From Phoronis australis (taxonomy: Eukaryota; Animalia; Phoronida): a stretch of 64,000 nt of DNA. The notes beneath the pieces were generated by a model. The model made no database searches. It saw only the letters and a program-made list of their open reading frames with translations, and was not told the origin of the DNA. Shown one piece after another: positions 22,033-36,000 of the stretch. Made by a program: the position numbers and the translations under genes. The first letter of the stretch is position 1. Every line of letters begins with the position of its first letter. Location of the stretch: contig NMRA01000225.1 in the NCBI GenBank assembly GCA_002633005.1, positions 1 through 64,000 on the forward strand, given 5' to 3'.

Positions 22033-23876
22033 TTTGCTGGACCAATTCATATCACTGTCTCGCACCAGTCTAATTGTTTTACCAAACCTACTTGTGACGG
22101 TTGGGGGAATGTGTTGGCTATTGCCCTGATGGCAGTATGCAACAACAAATTTTCCTTCCTACAGATTCAAAAGAATGGAGGCTGCAATAAGGTGGGGTTG
22201 TAAAATTAACAAATAACACTCTAACTACTCAAAATAAACAAAAAATATGATGTATGCATGACACTAAAAAGTGCAACACAAAAACAATTAGTTTAAAAAA
22301 GGTACATAATGTAAGTATTTATATAAAATAATCAATTAATTATATAAACAAAGAAACAAGAACGAGACAAGACCACAGGGTAGGTGGTTGATATATGTAT
22401 TATTGGGGATTGCCGATAGTGTGATTCATTGGAAATATAAATTTAAAAGCCTTTTTCATCGCGTACAAATTCACATAATGATAAATGTCTACCTGTGGTG
22501 TTGAAGTTTGAAGGAGATTGTTTTTCGTAAGTTACTTGGTTGGCTGTTCCATTGGCTGACCCCTGGCGGTGTCATAAAAGAAGAACTGGGGCCCGTTCCA
22601 AGAAACTGACTTTTAAAAAAGTCTAAGATTTGTCTTCCAAACTTTGAAATTTCCATATCTGGTAAGACAGTCAATATTAAGACAAAGCATCTTTCAAAAA
22701 CGTAAGTCAAACTGAAAATCTCTTTTCTTTCCTGAAACGGTTTTGAAACATGTATGAAATTTATATCCAAATTTACTAAAATTTAAGATTTGTCTTTGCT
22801 AAGTGACTTTTGCTGGAACGGGCCCCTGCCCACCAACTTGCGTGAGGGCAAGTTTCCATAAAGCAGTCTCCGGTGCATTGGAACTTGCAAGCTAATTCCA
22901 CATCTCTGTGATTGCTTGGCCAAATTAGTTAGAAACGCATCACATAGTGACGATGTGAATATGAAGTGGGTTGAAAATTGCCAAATGTTACCAAGAACGA
23001 GTTTTGTGGCAAACATGACCCACCGCAAGTAACTGAACCGTGTCCTTGCTGTAAGTATCGTGACGTGGTGCTGAGGATGAACAACGCATGATGGGCTTTG
23101 TGAGCCTGCGAGGATCAGTGAAAAGGACACCTATTTGCAGAAATGTTTGTTTTCACATTTACAAATTGTCAATGAATACAACTGCTCCTTGTTTGGCATA
23201 GATTACGATAAAAATAGCATTGTCATTTAGTTCCTGCTATTCATTGGCATAGTTAGGATCATGCAAAAACATCTTTAACAAAGTGATTATTACAAAACAT
23301 TAAAAGTGGGCCCTGACGTATTTTTTCTAAGAAATTCCTATGTCCAGCAATATGATACCCACCCCCAGCCTGCTAGTTACTTTTAAGTTTGATATTAAAA
23401 TATTTGACTGGATGGTTTCAACTTACTCTGAGACTGTTGCTTTGACTGCACAGTACACAACCTTGTGTTGCAGATAAAAGAAACAATTTTCCAAATTTGC
23501 TCTCTATTATTTTCAAGGTTCTCTATTCTAACGTGAATGCCCACAGTTTTTCAAAACATTGAAGGATGGCAGCTGTTGTATACAAGTTGAAACCGATAAA
23601 CACGTCAATATTTTGTGGTACTGATTGTGAAAAAAAAATGAAAAATAAAATTTCATTATAAGTCTGAAATATTGTGTCCTAAATTGGTGAAATGTTACCG
23701 TAGTTGAAATACGGTTGGTTGTCAGTAGATCGACTAAGCTGTCGGGGATTGTCACAACTGCTTATAGAGACAGATATCACTTTTGTTTCTCATTTAGCTG
23801 GTGCCCGCGGTAGAATTGTGATCTTTGATTGTTAACCAGGGTACGTTTCTTTAATCCTTTAATACCTTGCTTTCAG

Positions 23877-24072
23877 AGCCCCCTGTCATCAATCTAATCG
23901 AACCTAGTAAGTGTGGACAATTTGGTGGAACCAAGATGACGATTACTGGCAAGAACTTCGACAGCCCAAATCCTGGTCGCAATGAAATCACATTGTTTTC
24001 AGACAAGTTGGAGTTCCCATGTGAATACCAAGCTGAGGGATCCACTTCGGAAAAGCTCATGTGCTACACTGT
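23877..24072 (+). CDS. PKHD1L1: PKHD1L1-like exon (TIG1: EPPVINLIEPSKCGQFGGTKMTITG...KLMCYT)
   Basis: tttcag|...|gtaagt; phase 1 to 2. Confidence 0.9.
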
Positions 24073-27000
24073 GTAAGTTGCTCAGGTATTTCGTTTCCAC
24101 TGTTACCATAATTTGCCATCAACGAAAGCAGTTTTGGAAATTGTTGAACCCTTATTAGGAATAGATGCTGTCACATTTTACCCTGTGAATGCTAATAGTT
24201 TTCGGGCGATGACATACAGAAAACTGGTTCGAGTTAATCACTAACAAACTGGAATCTTCTAGAATGTTATCTTGTATTCTATTGGCTGCAGTTCGGGAGC
24301 AAGTTTTCCGATATGCAAAATTGGTTGAATACACGACACTTGTCGTTATTAATAATTTGCATTCCATTCTGTTCGTATCCTCCGAAAAAAGTTTGACACT
24401 CAACAGAACATAAGTAAAGCAAATGACCAAGAAACATGATTAAAAGACACGCAATATTTCGAAACATACTTGTTTCATTCTCACGTCAAAATAAAATGAC
24501 GCAGTAATACCACCACAGAGCAATAGTTAGACACACACACAGTGGGACACGGTAGGTGTGAAGTACTGCAAAGAACGGCAAATAAAGCGGGTAATATGAT
24601 GTCACCCAAACAAGTGTAACGTGCGACGCTACCGTGTTTGCTGCTCATTCGAAACAAGGTTCTCAAATGACGCAAGTTACACTTGTTTGCGTTTTTAATA
24701 TCTGTTAATAGGACCAAACCGGGTTTGGTACACCTTTAAATGTGCCTGGATAAATAGGTGCACCTCGTTTTTCCATAAATTTCTCGATGCTGTTGTATAA
24801 TTCAAATTCCAATATTGCAGACCCATGCCGCTAGACGAGTACTTCGCCCGAGTGCGAGTGCAACCTGGTGAAGTCGGTGAAAATGTCACAACGTGTGAAG
24901 AGTCCTATTGTACAGTTACAGTAAGTTAACTGTTTGTCATCGTTTAAGACATCTCATGTTGACTGTCAGCAATTATTCATGTGTTTGAAAAATTTTCGAA
25001 TTGGTTGTCTAAAGTTAATGTCTTTAACCAACGTATTAATAATGTCACCTAGGGGCTGCTATCAAAAGTCCTATTATTGGACTGACTGACTCAAGACTCA
25101 ACAGGAATTTTTGAAGATGGCGATATATGTGGCTTCATAATTACTGTGCGTGCCCTATTGGCATGTTTGAGTAGAATTTACCCCATTAAATATTTTCTGA
25201 ATATAGAAATGGTGTTGTTAAAAACGAGATCCCATTTGCACTTAACATCCTTAAGTGACAGTCTCCCCTGTAGATCTAGCATCAGGTGTCAGTTTGTACA
25301 ATTGTCCCAAGCTCGTGGTAGTAGGGAAAGAAAATCATTACGTTAAAGTCTCGCCAATATTGAAACAAAAATAATTGAAAAATTGGTTCTTTTTAATTGT
25401 TTAGAATTTTTTAACATTTGATTGAAAGTCCACAATTTCTCAGAAACGTTGTCGGAAGTTAAGTATGTATTAGGCCTTCGTGTGCAATCAAAAACAGTCC
25501 AAGTAACCAACTTTCGTAGCACAAATTCACAAACTACATTTTGAAACCACTTTCTAGTACACAAAACATTGTCACGCAGTGCCAAATTTCCTCCACGTGA
25601 CCGTTGTTACTTTTTGAGTTACGGCATGCTTAAGGTGACCCCCTACTCAGTGGCGGATCTAGGATATCACAAGGGGGGGCCCAACATTTTGTCCGGCTGG
25701 AAGCATTTGCGCAAACTGAACCACGATTGTAGATGCGCATAGCACCGAATGGGGGGAGGTCGGGAGGGGGGCAAGCCCAGGATTTTTTTCTGTTTTTACC
25801 TCTAAAAATCAAGCATTTTCCTTGATTCCTGAAGTATTATCCAAGAAAAAAAAGGCAAAAAAAAAACACGGAGAACGTGTCAAACAGGAAAAAAATGCAA
25901 GTATCAAAGACTCCAACTCACGACCTAGCGGATAGAGCGCGCGTACGTTACCACTACACCACCACGATTTAACTACAACTCTTATACTAAAAGACTTACT
26001 TGTTTATGGGCCACAGCGTTTGCGCGCGAAACCTACTTCTTTTTGTAATGCTTATTACACGTTTTATATTTTGTGCCATCAATTCTTAACAAATTTGTCG
26101 TATTTGAAATAGTCTTCAAATGCCCAAAAGACCAAATCCCATTTTCGTGTTGGCAATAATGACGGGATTGCTTTGGAAACCGTCTTAAGATAAGGTTTGA
26201 CAAAGAGAGTATTGCGAGTTTCTGAGTGATTCACTAAGGCTTCGATTAAAATTCACATCTTACCAGCAGCTTCTGTTTTTTCATCGCCACTCAGGTTCCA
26301 TTTTCTTTAAAAAATGAAGTAAATTTTCTTCATTGCACAGTGGAGCAGACGACGGAAACGGAGTCGTAGTGCACAGCGCCGTTGCCGGTCGCCTAGGATA
26401 TCGCGGGAGATTCTATACTTAGCCATAGTTCCGTTACGAACGCGCCGTGTTCCGAATTTGACACTTGAAATTGGATTTGAGCCCCCCCTCCAACACCAAA
26501 ACTGCACACATTTAAATCTTTTTTCATCCGTATAATTTTAATTACCGGGGTTAATTAATAAACTCACCATTTCCCTACGCTCTTACTGTTTTATTTTTTT
26601 ATTTTTTCTTCGGCAGCCAAGGGGGGGGGGGGCGGGCCCCCTGGCCCCCCCCCCAAATCCGCCTATGCTACTACCGGCCTTTAAAATAGAAAAGCATTTA
26701 TTTGGTGCTACTTGTCTTTTATAAAAAAATGACGACACAAAATTTTGCTTGTTGGCCATATTGCACCCTAAGCTGGTGAGATTTTACCTCAGTTGGCGTT
26801 ACATTGAAGCTGTACAACACAAAAATACATACAGTAAAGTTCTCTGATAGGCCATCCTCTTGGAGCTGCTACCATGCATGCAGGGTCGATGGTGATCACA
26901 CGATAAAGAATTAAAGATAAAAATGATAGATCATACACAGAATGACTGCACAACCATGTGCAGCTACACTGACTTGTCTTTTAGCTTACCCCCGTGTCTG

Positions 27001-30000
27001 CATTATTTAATGTTTTAAAGGTTCATGACCTAAAAACCAGAGGTTTTTGCCTTCTCTTCATTCTCTCCTGAATCAACGTTCACATTTAGAACAGTCTTAT
27101 TATTATATTAAATTTCAAGCAGAAAGAAAATTTGGTTGATTAGGAGATGCACTAAGATACAACCCTCCACATCGTCAATTGAATCTATTCTGCACTATTT
27201 TAGGTTGATAAGATGAAGACTCCCTACATAAAGTGGATCAAACCTCGGTCAGCCCCACCTGGTGGTAAGAATATTCACCGCGCCTGAAAATCTGTTTCAC
27301 TTGTCTGTCCAGTGATTTGCTTGTCCTTCATCGTATCCACTGAGTTTCTGACTAATTGGAATTTTGGTCAATTTTATTGTCATGTAATTAACTGTCATTT
27401 TCATCTCCCAGCAGTCCCACTTATAATAGGTTGCGGATCCGTTACAAAGTTGTCTCATCTGACGCTTAAAGAACGTGAAGACCACTATTTGTGAATTACA
27501 AAAAAGGACTATTTCCGATATGGTTTTGTATAATAATGAGACTTTCTCCCGTAGTATAGCAATAATAGTTTTTCTTTGGAAGACTGTTACTATAATATAG
27601 GAATTCGCACATATCGAAAAGGCTGTCGGGGGTACGATTTTTGATGACAGTGTACATATGTCTAACAGGGGTTCTCAAAGTTCTTTCAATCAAGAATCAA
27701 GAATAAAGAAGTTTTACGAGTATTTAACGTCGTTCGGAGAACAGATTAACATTAGCCAGTTGGGCTATTTCTACGACATCAAATTTAACAGAAACATGAA
27801 GAAAATAGAACTGAAGCTAAAGGTGGAGAATGACAAAGAGACATAATTGTAAATAAAAGTTAAGTTGTTGTAATCGCTAAACTATAGACTAGGGTCTAAC
27901 GAGCATAAACGATAATTGATTCACGTGTAAATGCTATAATCTAGATAACTCATAAATGAAACGATGATATACGCTAATGACTGCATAACCTGGAGTGTTT
28001 ACAAAGAGAGCTGCATTCATTGCCAGTCCAGGTCCGGATCAGTCCACGGAAAACAGTGAAAGACTGTTGCGCAACATATTCGGTAGACTGCTCCAAACCC
28101 GAACAGCCTAGAAGCAAAAATATTTTTTTACCATATTTGACGGATTCAGCTTGAGGGAAATCTAGTTGCTGTAGCGAAAGAAGTAATTGTTTTCTTGCTT
28201 CTTTAAAAGTCACGGAAAGAAGTGTCTTGGGTAATTCGTCATAACTTATGACTTATTTCTATTGCAATAAGTCGAAGCCTGTGTAGATGAAGGGGTGGTT
28301 TGTTAGCTAATGAGAGTAGATGTTCGTGCGTGCTAACGTCGTCGTTGTAAACAAAACGTTGGGCTCTAAGATTTTCTAGTTTGAGTGTATTTTCTTTCGA
28401 GCAAAAGTGCCTGCATGAGACGGGGCAGTAGTTGAAAATTGAAAGGGTGAAGGAGTGAAAAATGGCAAGTCTATCTACCGTTTATCGTTAAGTGGTGTGT
28501 AATTCTTCTTAGAACGTTTATTTGCTGTGAGGCTCTTTTGTAAATGTCCGAAATATGGAAGTCAAAAGTTAGATCGGTATTAATAGCTATTCCTAGAAGT
28601 TTAATTTTCGGTTCTGGGGTAAAAATTAAACATTTAAGCATTTTTTGAGTTCAAGTTGAAATCATGACCCGTACCTCCGAAATTAACAAAAATATTTTAA
28701 AACGAACAAATTCGGAAAATTTCATGGGGAAACCCCCAAACCCCGTCGGTGAGTGCCGAACATTCGCTTTTAAATCGTCCTACTATTTTCAGAGTATGAG
28801 CTTCGCTTACAGATTCACTATCGGAGATAACCTTTTCCCCTTAACGAAATTTCAGTAAAAGCGAAGTTATGCCTCCGAATGGGCAGCGACTTAAGTTACA
28901 GGCTGAAACTGGGAAAAAATTCGATCTGTCACCCGATCCCCAAATAACACTTTGCTTATCTAAAATATCGGTCTCAAGTCAGAGGATGTTGATGAATATC
29001 GGACAGCTCTACAATCAGAGTCCCAAAATATTCTCAAAGTTCAAATGACAATAAATGAATTGCTTATTGACTTAGGAAGGAGATTAGAGGTTTAAATTCA
29101 CAAAACGACTAGATTGAAAATTAATTTTAAGCAAATCATAAACGAATTCAGCTCATAACTTGGAAAGAATGGTCTTTGCACTTCCTTGTTGTTTTTAGTT
29201 TCCAGTAGTAGGCCTAGCTATTTTCGTTCTTCATTGAAAATTGAATCGTTTGTTTGCCATTCCCGTGAAGACTGATGTATCGACATTCAAAATAAGACAT
29301 AACCATGCAGTAGGTCTGACGCAGTCTCAGAGATCCATGGGAACTGAATTTGAACTACCGACGTCATGCACTGTGTGTACACCACTGGTTTTCGGCAGTG
29401 TCGGGACACCTTTTGAATCATTTTCGAACCCCCAGAAACTGGACAACCCGTTTTTCAACTAAAGGGATGTTGAAACAACCACAAAAGAAGGCACTTTATC
29501 AGTAGGTACCTCGGGACGTCGCCCTTTCAAAAACACTTTCAAAGACTGACCCTAATAGTAATAAAACAACTCAAACTGCGGGATCATGAATCTTGACTAA
29601 CCGCGGAGCCAGCGCAGATGGATCGATAGGTACGAGCTTAGCGGCTTGTATCGAGTCAAGTGGATCATAACTGAGTTGCTCAGCGCCTAACCTGACTCCC
29701 ATGAAACCCCCCGCAGTAGATCTGCCTCGATCTGTTTACACTTTTGAATTAGTTGTTTGTTGAGGCGTTTTTCAAAATGCTATAATTCGGCTCTGGCCTT
29801 AAGTGCGTATTAATACATTATATTCGCTTTTCCACTCATTTAGTTTATTTAGTTGAACAAGGTTAAAATCAGCAAAATTAGCAAAAATGCGTTTAAAAAA
29901 CATTTGAAAAGATTCTTGTCGATTAATATCACACAATATATCACATTTAGTTGCTTTGTTTTTAAACTATTCCAACCGCGCATTAATTACGGTAGTGACT

Positions 30001-33000
30001 TGACAAAAGTTTGTTTTCGTCTTGCAACGTGGTCGGGCATTTCCAAGCATGATGATCTTCGAATAGACGGCTACTTTGGCGGTGTTTAGTGCAGCGAGAA
30101 GGTACAGGCAGTGGTCGAGCTGCCGGCTGGTGGACAGACGTAGTGATGTTCAGTAACACCTGATCGCTACGTTGTCCACTTTCCAGGTCGGCCTGGCGGC
30201 GATCCAGTTTCGTCAGTGTCAATAAATTCATTTCGGTACACCAGTTCTTATGACTACAAGTACAAATCACCTAGACATCTGCAGTTTGCTACAATCAGTT
30301 TCACTAAACCTCTGATGCAATCTACATAAGATGTTGTAAATCATTGCTGTTCATTTTATTGCTCTAAAAAGTCTGTTTGAAAACATTTTTTCTTTTTCAC
30401 TGCATTTTGATTCATCTGTTCGTATATGTTACAGAGACCTTGTTGAAAATTCGAGGTCTTCTATGGACTGATGTCTATGGCAGCAACAACCAGCTGGAAG
30501 ACCTCAGACCACTCAGGGATCACATGGGCGTCCACATTCAGTTTAAGAGGTATTGTATGTGTTCAACCGATCGAGCTAGGATGTGGGTATTTTGGTGTTT
30601 TGGGTTCAAGTCGTCTTAGAGCGGCAAGATCTGCTGCTAGAGATAGTTGCCAGCAGCAGCAGACTATGCAAGGACCTGTCTGGTTTCATTGACAGTTCAT
30701 GGACTCGGTGAAAATTTTGTCTTTTATTGGCAGCACCTGAGTACTTATTGGCTTGGTGGACCGTCTCCACCTGAATGACCCAAGCTGATTATAGCGTAGT
30801 TGAATATTTACAAAGTTAGACAATTTGTCTACTGAGGTGCTAAATCTTGACCATGTAATTTTTTAACTATTGATAAATGCGGAATTGAGTGTTTATAGAA
30901 ACTAATATGATGTGTTTCGAGGTAATAGCCAAGCTATGTATATATGTGCCCAGGATGTACGTGTACAAAAGGACTTCAGTCCCTTTACCAGTGATATTGG
31001 TGAATGAAATCTGACTGTTATGAACAAATACTATTTTATTTTCCAGAGGAGTGGCTGGCTCCCAGGAGTGTAAGATGTAAGTTATTGGTAGCCTATTACA
31101 CATTTTATCTTTCTTAAAGTTCTAGACTGAATCTATGATGAATATGTTCTATTTGGTCAGACGTGAAAATGTGAAATGGCAATGAAATAGTATGAATAGC
31201 ACATTGTGCCTTAATCCCAATAGAGCATAAAAAAGATTTTATACCTCTGGTCTTTCGACTCATTTTATTTCTTGTTAATCTTATTTAATTCTGGAGGTTA
31301 AATGTGCATGTTACATCTTGGAAATCTTTCCTGGCTTAATGTTCTGCTTCAGAAGCAAAGAGATGACGCTTTTATGATATTATAAATTGATAGGCTGCAG
31401 CTAGATAAACTCAGGACTTGATTTTTTTAAAAATAAACATTTAGGATGAGATATTTGTGACTGCATGAAGAAAATTGAAAGTAGAAAAAGTGAAAGTAGT
31501 GGACAATGCAGTGTTCCTCCATGTCAATCAAGCTAGTAATTCCAGCCAGTCCGGTTTTGTGAATATGTAAACACATCAGTAGGCTGACATCTGCAGTCCT
31601 ACAAACATTGGTTCTGAACAAAAGCATCGTTTTACAATGCACTTGGACATCTACAACACTCAGGGACCCAAGGCTTGAGACCTGGACTCGAAATTAAACT
31701 TGAAATTATTTTTGGATATTTTGCATTCTACTTTAATATGAACTCATAAGTATCTGTTATTCTATGCTCGCCTATAACTTAGGACATGAGTTTCTAGTCC
31801 AAGTTCGCTCTTGTGGTGATTCCTAGATTCTAGCTACAAACTCCAAATTTTGAATAAAATATTAAAGTTTCAAGTTCAGACTTGAACTCATATGATTTCA
31901 ATGCCGGGGCCAACAAATGCAAATTAGGGCTAAACATTCATCCTCACAAACCATAATATAATTGAGCACAGAATAATGAACACTGATTTTGAGTTAATCC
32001 TAATGGAGAATAGGAAATTTTAATAATATCAAGTTCGAGTTTGAGTAAAAACATTAGACCATGGGCTTTGCATGATCAAAGATATACAGAGAGCGAAAAA
32101 GAAGAAGTCCATGTCTCTTATAAAAACATGTATGGTAAAAAGTTTCCAGACAGTGAAAAATTAATTATTTTACCCAATGTCGAATCTTGCACGAAATGTC
32201 AGAAATAGCTCTTCGAAATTCAAAAATTCCGACTAACTGACAATGATCATTCATTAAACATTGCGTCAGTGACTGTGTTGGGTAATCTTACATCAATGGC
32301 ATGCTCTGTCTCACCAATTTAGTACAAGTGAAATTTTATTTTCTCTTATTTTTCAGAAGATTTGTAGTGTCAAATTAGTGCTTTACCAAGTTGAAGCTCT
32401 GTATCGTAGCAGCTATCAGAAAGTATTTTGAAAAATTGTGGCATTCACCACAAAGTTAGAAGACCTAGAAAAACAGGGTAATTTTGGCAATTATTGTGTG
32501 ACATCACGATCAGCTTCTGAAAATATGATGCACATCTTAAAGTTTCAATCTTCAATGCTTTATTCGACAGTCAGAAAGAGTTGTTGACACTGGACAAGAA
32601 TCTTGACTGGGGCTATGCATATTGTAAAGTCCAAGGGAATGAAATTGGTCAGTATTCTTGCAGGATGTTAAAATATTGTTGCAATAACAGTTTCTCTTGA
32701 ATTTGCATTTCAGAAGAAGCTTCATAGATTATGTTTGTTGTGACAAGAATAAAGTGTTGAATTCTACATATATTTCTTCCCAGTCTTGCTTTAATTCTTA
32801 TATTTTTTCAACGCTCTGTGTCCGACACGCGAGTTTTTCAACAAAAATAGACATTAACGAAGTTCTTTTTAATAATTTATAAATGAAAATAACATGTTTT
32901 GTACTGTATGCTTTGGTAATGGTCCCTCCTTCAGACATGTAATGGTCCCTCCTTCAGACATGTAATTTTGACGAGATGCATTACATTCCATCTTACGTTT

Positions 33001-36000
33001 GTTGCGTTCAAGTAGATGCAATAAGTCTTTGTGATTGGAGTTTAAATCCATAGACACATGCAACAGTAAAATGCATTGAATCAACATACCATAATTTTGT
33101 CAATTGTCAAGGGCAAAAGTAATTTGATTATAGCTCATTGTTTTTTGTGTGCTTTTCCTTTAGTTTTGTCAACAACGAAGAAAACGTATGTTCGAAGATC
33201 CAAAATTTAAAAATCGATATCTCTGTCTATGATTGGACATGTTGGTCTTTGCTTATTGCAAAGCTTTTATTTCGTATGCTTGTTTGCCACGGACTCAAAA
33301 TCGTATACAAGGCCTTTTGTAGGATTTTCAACTCTACAAGTTTGTATATTCTGTATACATCACTTTTGTGAAAATATCATTCTATGTAATATTGTGATCA
33401 CCATTTACTCAAACAAAAATATGATAATTTTTTTCTGCAATGAGTTTAAAGAATGCTACTTAGGGTGTTAATTTTTGTAAAATTTTAAAAGGTCCTTATA
33501 AAAGTAGGTGTTCCAACATATCCTTTCCTGAACTTTGTTAACGTTATTGCTTTTAAGCAAAATATTGACAAAGTTCAGACTTTAAAGTCTGTCATCATTT
33601 TTCTCTGCTGTGAGTGCAATGTCTTCGTTTCTCACTTGTGATTGTTTTCCTTTACCTAGGTGGGATGAGAGTGTCGCTGATTGTGTCCGGTGAATACGGC
33701 AGGACAGGCTCGTACCACAAGGGCTTTAAACGTTTACCATCTTATTGTCCGCTGCATGTCAACTCACTTGGCAAGATTGAAATGTATCAACAGTATGCAG
33801 GTATGATGTAGTAAAAGTTTTAGTCAATGTTGCGGCAAAATTTCCTTTCGCTTTTTTGTTGTAGAAATTGTTCAGTTTAGGTCAGAAATTGGCAGAAAAG
33901 TGAAATTCGATTTTCAACAAAAACACGAATTACTAGTGAGGCCAAAAAGCCTATTTGGTACAGATCATTACCCCAACTCATGTAAAGAAAAAAGTCACCC
34001 GCGTCAGTTTCAGCCAAGGTCTTGAGCTTTTTTAGGAAAGACTCACAAATGGCCTCTAGTTTTTAAAACTTGTTTGTGTGCATCATTAACTGGTAATTGT
34101 GCATTTATAAACACCAATGCCTGTTAAGTTAGATATTGATATCTGTTAGTGATGCACTGTCACGCACACACAAAGTTTTCTACCTCCGTCAAAGAGGAGA
34201 GTTGGATCTAGGAAGTAAGATTTGTGAACACCCTGTTTGTAACTTTAACATTTGTGGTACTCCAGTTGAGCACATATCAAATGATTAAATTACTCTGTCT
34301 TGTGAATGTTTCATGTGGTTTGCAGGGTAATTGGTCAATATTGTAGGTCATGATACTTCATTGCCATAGTTAGACTAGAAGAGAGGGCCACTCACTTGTA
34401 GTTCGTAATTAAACCTGATAAGGATCGTTTACTATCACAAGGCACAGGAATGTGCACAATTAGACATTAAGCTCTTGAAAAAATGGCGAGTGAAAAAATG
34501 CCAAGTCTGAGATTAAAATTCTTCATGTTTAGTCCTCAATAATGTGGCAAAGTGGAATTTCATTTTGTGAAATTTCTCAATAAAAATAATTTAAGAAAAA
34601 AATCCCACTGTGTTTCTTCGTATTTTGTGCAGTGTAGCTTCCTCTGAACAACATAAAAATTGAGCATTCACTACTGAACCAGTCCTGTACTTCTCTAAAA
34701 GTGATAACCAAGTCATATAATTGAAACATCAGAGCACAGGCATGATCAGTTAATACAAAATAGGGACCAAAACACAAGGACTTGGTTGACACAACACGCT
34801 CTTACGCAAGACTGACTGTGAATGCATTGCTTAAAGCTGTGCAACCAGCCCAAGGGGTTAGCAGTGGTTGGATCCTGTGCAACGCTGTAGAAAAAAGTCA
34901 TTTTGTTGTTTCTGTCAAGAACTTTCATGGTGATTGTAATTCTGTTGACCATTCCAGAGGTGTTAAGCGTCTCCCCGAAGGAAGGTAGCATGATGGGGGG
35001 TATGGAACTCACAGTGAGGGGCAAGAACTTTGACAACTCTGCCGCACACCCGATGACAATCCTCATTCAAGGTAGGGTTTTTCATCAGTCTCAATAGTGA
35101 GGGCACTGTATGTTTTTCAACACTGAAAATCGGTCAGCAGAAAGTGTATTGCGGTTTTTGTTCACCAAATTATCACCTTGTCTTTGCAACTCAAACTACG
35201 GTGTCATCATTCCTTTGTATTTAGGTGAAACTTGTTTGCAAATATCTGTATTTACTTTTTGTGGTAAAAATAACTTTTCAATCACTGTGTACTTACTAGG
35301 TGTACCTTGCAATGTAAAGCCGGGATCGTTCAGCGAGACACAGGTGGTCTGTATCACAGGTGCCAAACCGACCTCCAGCGAATACGATGGTTACTATGAA
35401 GGTAAACTCAGAAAAGATTTGGGTATTTCCTTTGTGTATTTACAACATGCTGTATTAAGCCTAGATGCCAAAAATAATATTGTTTTAAATGTCCTTTTCC
35501 ATCATGATGGGCTTGACCACCACAGGCCTGACAGTGTGTACTATATGCAAAAATGTGGAATTATGTGGCAATTTAGCTTAAAGTGTGTAAGTGTGCAAGA
35601 TCAAGCAAAAATCACTAATTCGAAGCAGAGACTTTGCCTACTTGTTACTTGCTTAGTGATAAGCTCAAAGTAGAAATGGAAGATTTTTAAATTAGAAATT
35701 AAAAAATATGTTGTGTTCATATTATTTTAACCAAAAAACTTGAGCTGCAAAGTCAGAAACTTGCTTCAAACTTAGACAAAGTGACTGAATGTATGATTTG
35801 TGCTTGGATTCACTCTAAATATAGCAAGATGTGATGAATTGTAAGGCCGCTTCTATCGACATTCATCTTCACCGGCTTAGAAGCAACAACTTCTGTGGTT
35901 TGTGGATTGCTTATACTTTTTTGATTTCAACCATGTCCAACTAAATAGTATGTACTTTGGTAAAACGGCAAAGCGTGAGTGGGTGCATATCCCGAGCTGT

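Noticed and set aside
21115-22203. Cluster of ORFs up to 181 aa
   Set aside because: Low-complexity translation of the CCCTCGAC repeat arms.
22489-23130. Two minus-strand ORFs as a decayed LINE 3' end
   Set aside because: No convincing RT or other motif could be recognised without a search.
25909-25966. Functional tRNA gene
   Set aside because: The B box is degenerate and no complete cloverleaf is visible; kept only as a tRNA-derived relic.
32916-32966. 23-bp two-copy tandem repeat
   Set aside because: Real, but an ordinary slippage duplication in an intron.
33164-33185. Possible micro-exon (FVNNEEN) with tttag|...|gtatgt
   Set aside because: At 22 nt it would break the frame between the 32571 and 33660 exons, which already join in phase.
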